This document shows positions 1 to 9,304 of a stretch of DNA of 64,000 bases, piece after piece. The stretch comes from Candidatus Poribacteria bacterium. Lineage in GTDB: Bacteria; Poribacteria; WGA-4E; UBA9662. Every line of letters starts with the position of its first letter. Within the stretch, counting starts at the first letter, position 1. The DNA is taken from contig JAYGDX010000185.1 in the NCBI GenBank assembly GCA_046582655.1, positions 32,001 through 96,000 of the forward strand. Reading direction: 5' to 3'. Position numbers and translations under genes: made by a program. The notes under the pieces are model-generated. The model saw only the letters and a list, made by a program, of their open reading frames with translations, did no database searches and was not told where the DNA came from.

Positions 1-617
1 CCGAGAAACCCACCTGTCCCGCCTTTGCCAATAATGTTGCTTTCTTGCATTGGACGTGGCAGTTGAACACTGGCTAACATCGGCACATCGGGTGGAAGAA
101 ACTTGGCAATATGAGAAGCAACGTTGGGATGGTCTTTGGGTGACGGCGGATCCAGTTGGCCGGAAGGTGCAACTTTATCTGGCGTAGAACCTGTTACCAT
201 TTGATACATGGCAGCAGTATGGTTAAACAAACCCACAGGTGTATAACTGACAGAGCGAATTAATGCTGCCTTGTCCATCTGCTTGGCCAAACGCGGCATG
301 GTTTCAGATAGCCAGATACCGGGTACATTTGTCTTAATCGGTTTGAACTCGCCACGGACATTTGAGGGAGCGTCCGGCTTGGGATCCCAGATATCTATAT
401 GACTAGGACCACCTTGTAAAAACATTAGAATTACCGATTTGGCTTTGCCAAAACCGTTAAGTGCTCGAGAGGGAGTAACAATTGTATTCGCTTTGGCTTG
501 GAGCGCTAAGATCTGCGGCAGACTTATGCCAAGCATCGCGGTTCCTCCGACCCTGAGAAACTCTCGTCTAGAAACTCCGTCACACAACCTAGCTTGCTTA
601 CCAGGAATTGATAACAT
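1..617 (-). CDS. DUF1501 domain protein, probably Tat-exported (runs off the left edge of the window)
   Basis: Manual translation from ATG at 617, preceded by [31 protein letters not shown]...[41 protein letters not shown]. The SRREFL twin-arginine motif and GGPSHxDxWDPKP are DUF1501 signatures. Not in the ORF track because it is open-ended. Confidence 0.9.
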   Translation of the reverse strand, partial: MLSIPGKQARLCDGVSRREFLRVGGTAMLGISLPQILALQAKANTIVTPSRALNGFGKAKSVILMFLQGGPSHIDIWDPKPDAPSNVRGEFKPIKTNVPGIWLSETMPRLAKQMDKAALIRSVSYTPVGLFNHTAAMYQMVTGSTPDKVAPSGQLDPPSPKDHPNVASHIAKFLPPDVPMLASVQLPRPMQESNIIGKGGTGGFL

Positions 618-672
618 TTCCTATCTCCTTATTGGTTCCTTATATAGTGTTAGAAAGTTTGAGTGAATTACT

Positions 673-3159
673 TTATCGATTAAACAAGAATGAAGGGCTG
701 TTGATTAAGGCCCACAAAAGATCCTGAGCACCTTCAACTTGAGACTCAGCTTTGGAAAGATAATCAACGGCTTTGCCCGATTCAGTCTCACTTGGCATGC
801 GACAAAGCGTCGCCAAGTAAAGTTCCTTAACCAAAGTGCGGTTGTCAATCTTCTTCTTTGTCAGTTGAACAATGCGACCTTGCGGGTCGATAATAGCATT
901 GGCGATAGTTGGGCCATTAATTAAGTTGAGTGCGTGTGATAAACTGACCTGTGTCGATCTTTCACATTCACAGGATGACTCACGTTCAGGTCGGCCAAAA
1001 AGCTTCAGAAAACCGCCGTCATCCAGATTGCTGTCGGGCAACTGAACCGAACGGAATCCTTTGGGGACACCTGAAAAATTTGGTTGACTTCCAGTAGCGA
1101 GAGAAACTGCATCCAGCATTTGCTCTGCGGTCAATCTCCTGGGTATTGCGTGCGAAAAATTGATTTCGTCTTCTTGGTTCCAGCGATTTGTTTTAATGCT
1201 TTGCTGGTATGTCCGAGATGTGATGATTGTACGCATCAAGTGTCTCAGATCAAAACTATTTTCGATAAAATCTTCGGTCAGGGCATCAAGTAGTTCCGCG
1301 TTACTGGGAGGATTACTCGATCTGATGTCATCAACCGGCTCAACGATACCACGTCCCAAGAAATAACTCCAGACACGGTTGACCATAGATTTTGCGAACC
1401 AAGGATTGTCCTTTGAGACCAACCAATTGGTAATGGATTCACGGGGGTCATCTCCAATTTTCTCGGCCGAGCCAAACGGCACATTAGCCGGTACAATTGC
1501 CCCAGTCTTTGGGTGTTTCACACCACCATTAACACTATAATTATTATAAACGATCTGCTCACCTGGCAGTTGTCCTCTTTTAATACCAACTTCGCTAAAG
1601 TAAGATCCAAGCTCATAATATTGGTTTTGTGTCCATTTTTCAAACGGATGATCATGACATTTAGCACAGGCAAACCTTACACCCAAGAAAAGCTGCGTCG
1701 CATTTTCAACTGCGACATCTGGTTGATAGATAGTTTTGTCGGTTGTCACAAGATGATAATTTGCCGCTGGATTCCGATAGGTACTACCGGAGGCCATTAG
1801 CAGGTCACGAACGAATGTATCATAAGGTTTATTTTCAGCAACAGAATCATAAATCCATTTTCGGAAAAGCCAAACGCCCTTTTCTCCGAGGAATTTGCGA
1901 TTACATTGCAATAAGTCAGCCCACTTATGCGTCCAGTTCTCAATATATTCAGGTTGACCGATCAGATAATCAATTAATTCTTCGCGTTTTTTTCTTGAAT
2001 TCGCATGGTCGTCCAAAAATGCCTGAACTTGATCTGGAGTCGGTGGAACACCGGTTAGGTCGAGATACAAACGCCGAATAAATTCGGCATCAGTACAAAG
2101 ATCCGATGGTAAAACACGAACACGTTTTAGTTTGTCATAAACCAGTTCATCAATGTAATTGTACTGAGATACTTCTACCCACTTAAACCCGGATCTATCG
2201 CCAATAACAATTATTTCGCTGGTGCTGTACAGGCTCTCATACCGAACCAGTATAACCGCCTCTCCACGCCGCGTAGCGTTGACAACCCCAGAATCTGATA
2301 TTGTGGCGACATCTGGCAGACTACTCTCATATATAGCATCTCGTGTTACGTCCCGAGAGGTGCCATCCGGATAGTGGGCAATAACGATCAATTGCTGTTC
2401 CATGCCGGGTGAATGAATTTCTGTAGCATTTGGAATAACCTCAAGACGAGAAACCTTTTCGGTGGTGACCACATCGGATTTCACTCCTTCAGCAATCCAT
2501 TGGTGAAAGATCTCGTAATGACGTGAATCAGCTTCTATAGCCTGACCTCCTCCGTGTGGAACACCCTGTGTCGGCTTAAGAAGCATAAGGCTCTGCGCTG
2601 GTCTAGCCCGATTAAAGCGGCGCCCTGATAAATCTGTGATTAGCGTTTGGTAGTCAAGATCAGGATCATATCCCCGCAAGGAGAGTTTGAATCCATTTTT
2701 ACCCTTAGCTGCGCCGTGGCAGGTTCCCGCATTACAGCCAACTTTACTGATGACCGGCATTACATCACGGACAAAGCTGACCGGTTGCGTATCGACACTC
2801 TTTACGTTCACCGGCAAATCGATGGAATGGTGACGAAACGCAACTTTAATAGTTGCCCAACCGACTGCGACAGGGTGAATGTAACCATCACTATCGATTT
2901 TAACTTTGGTGTCAGCAGTTGTGAAACTTGATTCCTTTGATAGGTCAATCCAGTATCCGTCTGATGTCAAGCCAGAAATCATGACACAACGAACATCGTG
3001 TTTTCCCTCAAGAACCAGTGCCTCAGGTAGGGATCTTAACTTGGAAATTTCCGGGATCTCGATATTGACTGCTGTTTGATCGGAATTAACATTTATATTG
3101 AAACATAGGTTGAGGATTAACATAAGTAAAATCCCCAAAACAGATAGCGGCACTTTCAT
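673..3159 (-). CDS. DUF1549/DUF1553 (PSCyt2/PSD1) protein with Ig-like (Big_2) domains and signal peptide
   Basis: Contains GCNAGTCHG..GKNGFKLSLRGYD, FIRRLYLDLTG, FLGVRFACAKCHDHPF, NRVWSYFLGRGIVEPVDD, LFGRPERESSCECER and a C-terminal DLLWALINSPSFLFNR. An alternative in-frame start at 3258 arises from a 99-bp duplication. Confidence 0.9.
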   Translation of the reverse strand: MKVPLSVLGILLMLILNLCFNINVNSDQTAVNIEIPEISKLRSLPEALVLEGKHDVRCVMISGLTSDGYWIDLSKESSFTTADTKVKIDSDGYIHPVAVGWATIKVAFRHHSIDLPVNVKSVDTQPVSFVRDVMPVISKVGCNAGTCHGAAKGKNGFKLSLRGYDPDLDYQTLITDLSGRRFNRARPAQSLMLLKPTQGVPHGGGQAIEADSRHYEIFHQWIAEGVKSDVVTTEKVSRLEVIPNATEIHSPGMEQQLIVIAHYPDGTSRDVTRDAIYESSLPDVATISDSGVVNATRRGEAVILVRYESLYSTSEIIVIGDRSGFKWVEVSQYNYIDELVYDKLKRVRVLPSDLCTDAEFIRRLYLDLTGVPPTPDQVQAFLDDHANSRKKREELIDYLIGQPEYIENWTHKWADLLQCNRKFLGEKGVWLFRKWIYDSVAENKPYDTFVRDLLMASGSTYRNPAANYHLVTTDKTIYQPDVAVENATQLFLGVRFACAKCHDHPFEKWTQNQYYELGSYFSEVGIKRGQLPGEQIVYNNYSVNGGVKHPKTGAIVPANVPFGSAEKIGDDPRESITNWLVSKDNPWFAKSMVNRVWSYFLGRGIVEPVDDIRSSNPPSNAELLDALTEDFIENSFDLRHLMRTIITSRTYQQSIKTNRWNQEDEINFSHAIPRRLTAEQMLDAVSLATGSQPNFSGVPKGFRSVQLPDSNLDDGGFLKLFGRPERESSCECERSTQVSLSHALNLINGPTIANAIIDPQGRIVQLTKKKIDNRTLVKELYLATLCRMPSETESGKAVDYLSKAESQVEGAQDLLWALINSPSFLFNR

Positions 3160-3292
3160 GGATTCACCTCGCTTACAAAAACATACAACATATACATTGA
3201 AACATAGGTTGAGAATTAACATAAGTAAAATCCTCAAAACAGATAGCGGCACTTTCATGGATTCACCTCGCTTACAAAAACATACAACATAT
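3097..3292. repeat. 99-bp-period tandem duplication covering the RBS, start codon and signal peptide of the DUF1549/1553 gene
   Basis: 3097-3193 matches 3196-3292 except at two positions (gaggatt/gagaatt and atcccc/atcctc). Confidence 0.95.
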
Positions 3293-3309
3293 CATTGACA
3301 GTAAAAAAA

Positions 3310-4941
3310 TCAGTTCCTGATTTCCGCATTGAAACCAGTTGCCTTAACGGCAGCACGTAATTCGTCAACCGTAACCTGATTCTCTTTCAATGTTAGAATG
3401 GCATTATCCGGAAGAGAAACCTTCACATTAATCACTCCTGACACCTTAGTAAGTGCACCCTGCACTTTAGCCACACAAGCACCTCAGGTCATACCATTAA
3501 TGACTAATTTGATTTCTGCTGTGGCTTCTTCTTTTACTTTGATATTTTCTACTTTCTCGATACTTGTCGACTCAGAATCAAGCGGCACGGGTATAAATTC
3601 TCCCATTAATTTCCCGGAATCTAGATTGAATATTCGAACTTGACCATCGAATCCACCAATTGCAACTTGATTCTTGCTTGGATGAAATGCAATAATGAAA
3701 ACAGCGGTCGAGTCAGCATCAAGCGTCATAATACGACTGCCATCTGCCACCTTGTATATTCGAACCTCACCACCAACAGCACCTACGGCAATTTGCGATC
3801 CATCCGGACTGAAGGCAACCGCATTTATTACATCTGACTGGCGTTCAAAGGCGCGAATGAGATTGAAGTCGGTATTACCGACATCACGTCGCTTTTGACG
3901 GAAAATTCTGTAGAGTCGTGGAACCCTATCTTTGCCGCCAGATAAAACTTGGTCCAACTTTGGATGACGCGCGATTGTATGGATTGGTCCCAACCCTTTA
4001 TTACTGGCATTGATATCATCAATGAAGGATCCACTTTTAACTTCAGTGAGTTTTAACGCTGTGTCACGCCCCCCGGTAACAAAATGGCTGCCATCAGTAG
4101 TAAACAGCGTGCCCAAAACCCAATCACTATGGTTATCGAAACGTACCAATTCCTTCTGATCTCTGATTGAAACGATACGCGCGGTTTCGTCAGTACAACC
4201 AAAAGCGAGAAGTTTATTGTCAGGTGATAGCGATGCCCCGTAGATTGTGTCATATGTTGATTCAAATGAGTGAATCAGCTTATTTGTAGCAGTGTCCCAC
4301 ATTTGGACTTCACCGAATCTGGCAGGCGTTCCCCCAACAACTACCAACATCTTACTATCGGAGGCATAAACAATGGATTCGATTCGATCAGATTTTCCAA
4401 GCAACCGAGCCAACAGTTGGGATCCATCTGATTTGTGCAAGAGGACCTCGCGATAACCAGAGACCGCGATAACATCACCATCAGGTGAATAAGCCAAGGA
4501 AGAAATCACCGGTGGAATTGAGTATTGAGGCGGTTCCATTATTGAATCAGCATCCACATTTGGTGTATCGTTGACTGCTCCTTCATCGATCCAGCGGCGA
4601 AAAAGCTCAATCTCTACTGGCATCAGTGGATCACCTTCCATTGGCATGGACGGTGGATCCCCGGAAATCAAGCCAAGGATTAGACTTTGATCAGGTTGTC
4701 CAGCTATAAAAGCTTTTCCTTTAGATCCGCCTCGACGAAAATCTCTATAAGAAGTAAGAATCAAATCCCCACGAGCCTGACTAGGTTGATGGCATCCCTG
4801 GCAACTACGCTGTAAAATCGGTCGGATGTCTTGATAGTAACTGACTGGTAAATCCGACCAGGCGGAATTACCAATCAAAACCGTCAAAAACATAGTCATA
4901 AAGTACTGAAAGCAATAAGCTAAAGTTAACCTTACATTCAT
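3310..4941 (-). CDS. Probable selenoprotein: signal peptide + Planctomycete-type cytochrome c domain (CQGCH) + WD40 propeller + C-terminal HMA (CopZ/MerP-like) domain with UxxC; 543 aa with readthrough
   Basis: The ORF track stops at TGA 3486-3484 after ...IKLVINGMT. The frame continues GACVAKVQGALTKVSGVINVKVSLPDNAILTLKENQVTVDELRAAVKATGFNAEIRN to a stop at 3312-3310, completing an HMA fold with GMT-U-GAC in place of GMTCxxC. Confidence 0.88.
3451..3467 (-). promoter_or_regulatory. Candidate bacterial SECIS hairpin
   Basis: The mRNA reads AAGUGCA-GGG-UGCACUU, a perfect 7-bp stem with a G-rich apical loop. There are 23 nt between the in-frame UGA and the loop. Confidence 0.8.
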
Positions 4942-5098
4942 CTCTTAATATAGGACTAAATTTAAAAGTCTAGGAAACTTGGAGATTTGATCAGTCTTGA
5001 TATAACCTCTTAGCAAGGCATACAAAATTCATTTGAGTTGAGGGAGTATACATTAAAGGGAACTTTAAAAGAAAACTTTTATTTATCAATAAGTAAAT

Positions 5099-6018
5099 TT
5101 AATTCTGGTGCTCAGACAGAAATCGACTAATCTGTTCATCAGTGGCCATGGAGGGCGCCGCTCCCAATACAGTTGTCGCTAAAGCGCCTGCTGCATTGGC
5201 AAAACCAACGGAGGATTCAATAGAGTAACAGCCAAGGCACCACAAAACGCATCGCCAGCAGCAGTCGTATCGACCACATCTACTTCATAAGCTGGAATTG
5301 CTTTGGTAAATTCATTTGTTAAAAGCAACGCTCCTTGATCTCCAAGTGTCAGTATCACGGCTTCCACCCCTTTATCGATCAGGATTCTGGCAGCCTGCAC
5401 GGCTGTTGCCTGATTCACCACTTTGATTCCAGTAAAAAACTCGGTCTCAGTTTCATTTGGTGTCAACAGATCCACGTGATCAAGAAAATGATCGGGGAAC
5501 TCAAGAGCGGGGGCAGGATTTAAAATCACTTTACCGCCATGTAACTTGACGATTTTCGCCGCTTGAAGTGACGCTTCAAGCGGAACTTCGAGTTGTAGAA
5601 GTAGTATATCCGCCTCCGAGAGTGCAGACTCAGCTTGATCTATGTCCTCAACACTCAAACGCATATTCGCACGCGGGATTGCGATAATGCTATTGTCACC
5701 CTGAGCGTCAATAACCGGAGATCCGACGCCGGTGCCAACCTCCGAGTCTCGTACCACGAAACGACTATCAATTTTTTCTTCCTCTAAGGTCTCCATGAAA
5801 CTGTCGCCAAACAGATCCGCTCCCAAACGCCCAACCATGGTGACATCTACTCCAAGACGGGATGCAATAATAGCTTGATTACATCCTTTACCACCGACGA
5901 ACATGCCAAAACTTTCACCTATCAGGGTTTCCCCTGTTCTTGGTCGTCTTTCGGCTTTGATCACCAGATCCATCATGAAACTTCCGACGACAACAATTTT
6001 CGTTTTCTTCACTCCCAT
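5099..6018 (-). pseudogene. rbsK: Ribokinase, frameshifted near the C-terminus (about 5221)
   Basis: VVGSFMMDLV, GGKGCNQA, LQLEVP, NPAPA, PNETE and DTTAAGDAFCG are present. The conserved tail IESSVGFANAAGALATTVLGAAPSMAT...HQN* lies in a different frame and ends at 5099. Confidence 0.8.
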
Positions 6019-6258
6019 CACACTTCCCAATTTTTCTATTGCCTAGAAACGGTTATAACAATACTAAGTAATTTCTGTCAATCTGACAACCCCATACACA
6101 ATAAATATTATAGACATTGAATTTATCGTATTTTGGTTTGTCCAATATGTTTGCTAGTTTATCATTAATGAATTATCTAAAAGCGCTTTGCCAATCAGAA
6201 TATTCTTCGCAGCATCGAGATTAAGATGAGTTTCAAGTTATTAAGAACAGAGAACAAC

Positions 6259-7053
6259 CTACCAGGCGCGTGAACCACCGGCATTCATGGCCAAGTTTCC
6301 ACCATCCATAGGCACTAGCGCACCCGTTATCCAAGTTGAGGCGTCAGAAGCAAGGAAGACGGCTAATCCTTTGATGTCATCTGACACGCCCAATCGACCG
6401 GCTGGAATACCGTTTAGGTAAGTAGTTTCTAAATTAGGGTCGGCTTCCATACGTGCTTTTAAGCCTTTATTGATTACCTGTGCTGGTAGTATGGCGTTAA
6501 CACGAACTCCCCGTCCACTCCATTCTGTACTTAGCTCGCGGGTCATCTGAGCTACTGCTCCCATGGCCATACTGTAAGCAATATGTCCGCGACCAAGTGC
6601 GGTGATGCTAGCTAGAGAGCCAATATTTATAATACTGCCCTTGCCAGCAGCCAGCATGCGCCTTCCTGCTTCTTGGCAGCAACAGAATCGTCCAATCACC
6701 AGCGATTGTAAAACCTTTTGTACTTGTTCCATGGTCACCTCTTCCGGTCTGGCCAAAACACCTTCACCTGCTACATTGCCAAGGATGTCAATCCTGCCGT
6801 ACTCTTGATCTAATTGGTTAAACATCGTACGGATCAGATCAGGTTGTGATACATCGCAGGTAATTGGTAACACGCATCTCCCCAAATTCTCAATCTGTGC
6901 AGCTGTATTCTCCATTCCTTCGGTATTAATATCTGCTAACATTAAATCTGCCCCAGCTTCAGCAAAGCCAAGTGCCATGGCACGTCCCATTCCGCTAGCT
7001 GCTCCAGACACAAGTGCGACACGTCCGCTCAGATCAAACAATGAATAGATCAT
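6259..7053 (-). CDS. Short-chain dehydrogenase/reductase (SDR)
   Basis: ALVSGAASGMG Rossmann motif, GSIINIGS, VRVNAILP and MDGG. The catalytic YxxxK appears as YSMAM. ATG at 7053 follows a GGGAGG RBS. Confidence 0.85.
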   Translation of the reverse strand: MIYSLFDLSGRVALVSGAASGMGRAMALGFAEAGADLMLADINTEGMENTAAQIENLGRCVLPITCDVSQPDLIRTMFNQLDQEYGRIDILGNVAGEGVLARPEEVTMEQVQKVLQSLVIGRFCCCQEAGRRMLAAGKGSIINIGSLASITALGRGHIAYSMAMGAVAQMTRELSTEWSGRGVRVNAILPAQVINKGLKARMEADPNLETTYLNGIPAGRLGVSDDIKGLAVFLASDASTWITGALVPMDGGNLAMNAGGSRAW

Positions 7054-7102
7054 GATCTGCAAGAACCTCCCAACTGCCCAGTTATTGTTGTGTAATGCCT
7101 CT

Positions 7103-8179
7103 TTAATCCGAATCAATCCCCCGACGGTTAGCCAGCGAACGAGACGTCAGATCGAAGAAAGTCCCGTGACCATGGAAGAAACGATCCAATTCATCTACCA
7201 TCAATCCAAATGACTCTCGATATTGGTTGCCTGTGAAATAAGCAAAATGTGGTGTCAGAAACACGTTAGGGAGATGGATAATTTCACTATCTGGCGGAAT
7301 TGGTTCCGGATCGAAAACATCCAGACCTGCCACGATATCCCCCCGCTTTAGTCTTTCAATCAGTGCTTCAGAATCGATAATAGCTCCCCGCGAGACATTC
7401 ACCAGTACGGTGCCCGAAGGGATAAGATTGAGCTCATTCAGCCCAATCATTCCACGAGTCTTCGGTGTCAAAGGTGCTAGGCAGACAATCACCTGGCATT
7501 TTGACAGGATATTTTCTAACGAAGTCTGCAGAAATCCTAGAGCTTCGGCCATCTCCCTTGGGAGGTAGGGATCGTACACCCAGATCTCCGTTTCAAATGG
7601 GTGTAGGTACTTCATTAAGCGCCGCCCTATATGCCCACAACCAATTAGCCCGACCCGTTTCCCAGTCAATAAACCGCCCGCGTATTTGAGCGCATCTGGA
7701 TCCATGCTGGTACGACCAGCAATGATACGACGGAATTGGGCGCCGGCGTTACGTAATGAAATCAGGATTAAAGCCAAAGCCCATTCTGATACTGGATAAG
7801 ACGATCCATTAGTCGTATCTACCGTGCAGATGTCTCGTTCCCAAGCTGCCTCTAAGTCAACACGATTGGCAAAACGATCATCCTCTAATTCGCCAATAAT
7901 CTTTAAGTTCGAAGCAGCATCCATTATTTCAGAACTTATCATGGGAGAACCATGACTAATAATAAGACCATCAGCGCTATTGATGGACTCTAAGAATTTT
8001 GCGGTTCGAGATTTTTCATCTAGGTTGTTGCCGTCCTCACAGGGAAACCACTCCCAAGTAGCAAATTTTTCGAGTCTTTGCACATCCTCCGGTGCAACAT
8101 AGGCATCGTAAATCCCCTGATTACACACCAACAGAATTTTAGGATAAGAATTTGCTGTCAAGTACCCTCCCTCCATCAC
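7103..8179 (-). CDS. D-isomer-specific 2-hydroxyacid dehydrogenase family protein
   Basis: VGLIGCGHIG, LVNVSRG, LDVFDPEP and LTPH motifs. Exact start uncertain. Confidence 0.88.
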   Translation of the reverse strand: MMEGGYLTANSYPKILLVCNQGIYDAYVAPEDVQRLEKFATWEWFPCEDGNNLDEKSRTAKFLESINSADGLIISHGSPMISSEIMDAASNLKIIGELEDDRFANRVDLEAAWERDICTVDTTNGSSYPVSEWALALILISLRNAGAQFRRIIAGRTSMDPDALKYAGGLLTGKRVGLIGCGHIGRRLMKYLHPFETEIWVYDPYLPREMAEALGFLQTSLENILSKCQVIVCLAPLTPKTRGMIGLNELNLIPSGTVLVNVSRGAIIDSEALIERLKRGDIVAGLDVFDPEPIPPDSEIIHLPNVFLTPHFAYFTGNQYRESFGLMVDELDRFFHGHGTFFDLTSRSLANRRGIDSD

Positions 8180-8246
8180 TTGAGGAATTGGTTAATTATG
8201 CATAACCTTATGGCTCGTTTGACAATGTATGATACCATGGTGCATG

Positions 8247-9224
8247 TTAAGCGTATTTCCTTATTTCTTCTGGATTCGACACCTTATCCAGAACGGCGCG
8301 TTCTTCTGAATCTAATTTGTAGTCCAGGCCACCGAAAATCTCATCCACATGCTCAGGTAGATCTGCTCCCAGGATTGGAGTTACGCTTTCGTGGTCAAGT
8401 ATCCAGGATATAGCTACCTGCGCGGGTGTCTTTCTATGCTTTTCACCGATGGCGATGAGTGTTTGTACAATCTGATCTACCTGCTCGGTCATAGCATCTT
8501 CAAAATTGTACTTTCCTGGACTTAGACCTTGGAGTTCGTCTTTACTCCAAGGTGTATTCGCCGGTGGTTTCTGTCCACGGCGAAAAAGCCCGCTCAACAA
8601 ACCAATTGCCAACGGACTATAAGTCATGATGCCTAAACCAAACTCGTGACACAGAGGCATCAAATCGGGTTCCAGTTCATGACGGTTGATCAGGTTATAC
8701 TGGTTTTGGATGCAGATAAATGCCTCCAGATTACGAACGTCAGAGATCCAAAGGGCTTCCATGATCTTCCACGCTCGAAAATTGCTGCAGCCGATGTAGC
8801 GAACCTTTCCTTGTCGCACCATGTTATCCAGGGCACGGAGAGTTTCTTCCAAAGGAGCTTTGGCATCAAACGCATGCAGTAGGTAAAGATCAATGTGATC
8901 AGTCTGAAGTCGCCTTAAACTATCTTCAACCGCGCGCATAAGACTCAATCGGGACAATCCCGTGTGATTTGGACTATTGCCAATAGAACCCATGACTTTG
9001 GTGCAGATCACAATATCATCCCGTTTTCCCTCTAAAGCTTTCCCTACAAAGGTCTCTGACCTTCCTTCACCATAGAGTGCGGTGTCGATGAAATTACATC
9101 CTAAATCTATGGCTCGGTTTATGACATCTATACAGACGTTCGCGTCTTTCTGACCACGAAAGGCGGTACCCAGACAGACTCTGGACACCTTTATACCAGT
9201 CCTACCGAGATTTTGATGTTCCAT
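8247..9224 (-). CDS. Aldo/keto reductase
   Basis: LGRTGIKVSRVCLGT, FIDTALYG, SLRRLQTDHIDLYLLH, GKVRYIGCSN and YSPLAIGLLSG. Confidence 0.92.
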   Translation of the reverse strand: MEHQNLGRTGIKVSRVCLGTAFRGQKDANVCIDVINRAIDLGCNFIDTALYGEGRSETFVGKALEGKRDDIVICTKVMGSIGNSPNHTGLSRLSLMRAVEDSLRRLQTDHIDLYLLHAFDAKAPLEETLRALDNMVRQGKVRYIGCSNFRAWKIMEALWISDVRNLEAFICIQNQYNLINRHELEPDLMPLCHEFGLGIMTYSPLAIGLLSGLFRRGQKPPANTPWSKDELQGLSPGKYNFEDAMTEQVDQIVQTLIAIGEKHRKTPAQVAISWILDHESVTPILGADLPEHVDEIFGGLDYKLDSEERAVLDKVSNPEEIRKYA

Positions 9225-9304
9225 GCAGTTCTCCTTAAAATTGCTGGGTTTTAGCAGATGGATAAAATTTTTCTGTCAAAGTATATGACCTTCAGAAAAT
9301 CACC

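Noticed and set aside
3097..3292. 99-bp repeat as a CRISPR array or mobile-element end
   Set aside because: There are only two adjacent copies with no spacers, the content is ordinary RBS and signal-peptide sequence, and no cas or transposase gene is nearby.
3484..3486. UGA reassigned to Trp or Gly (genetic code 4 or 25) as the explanation for the in-frame TGA
   Set aside because: Many conserved genes here end at TGA at their expected C-termini (murA, nuoG, nuoN, ffh, rplS), and the position aligns with a Cys rather than Trp or Gly.
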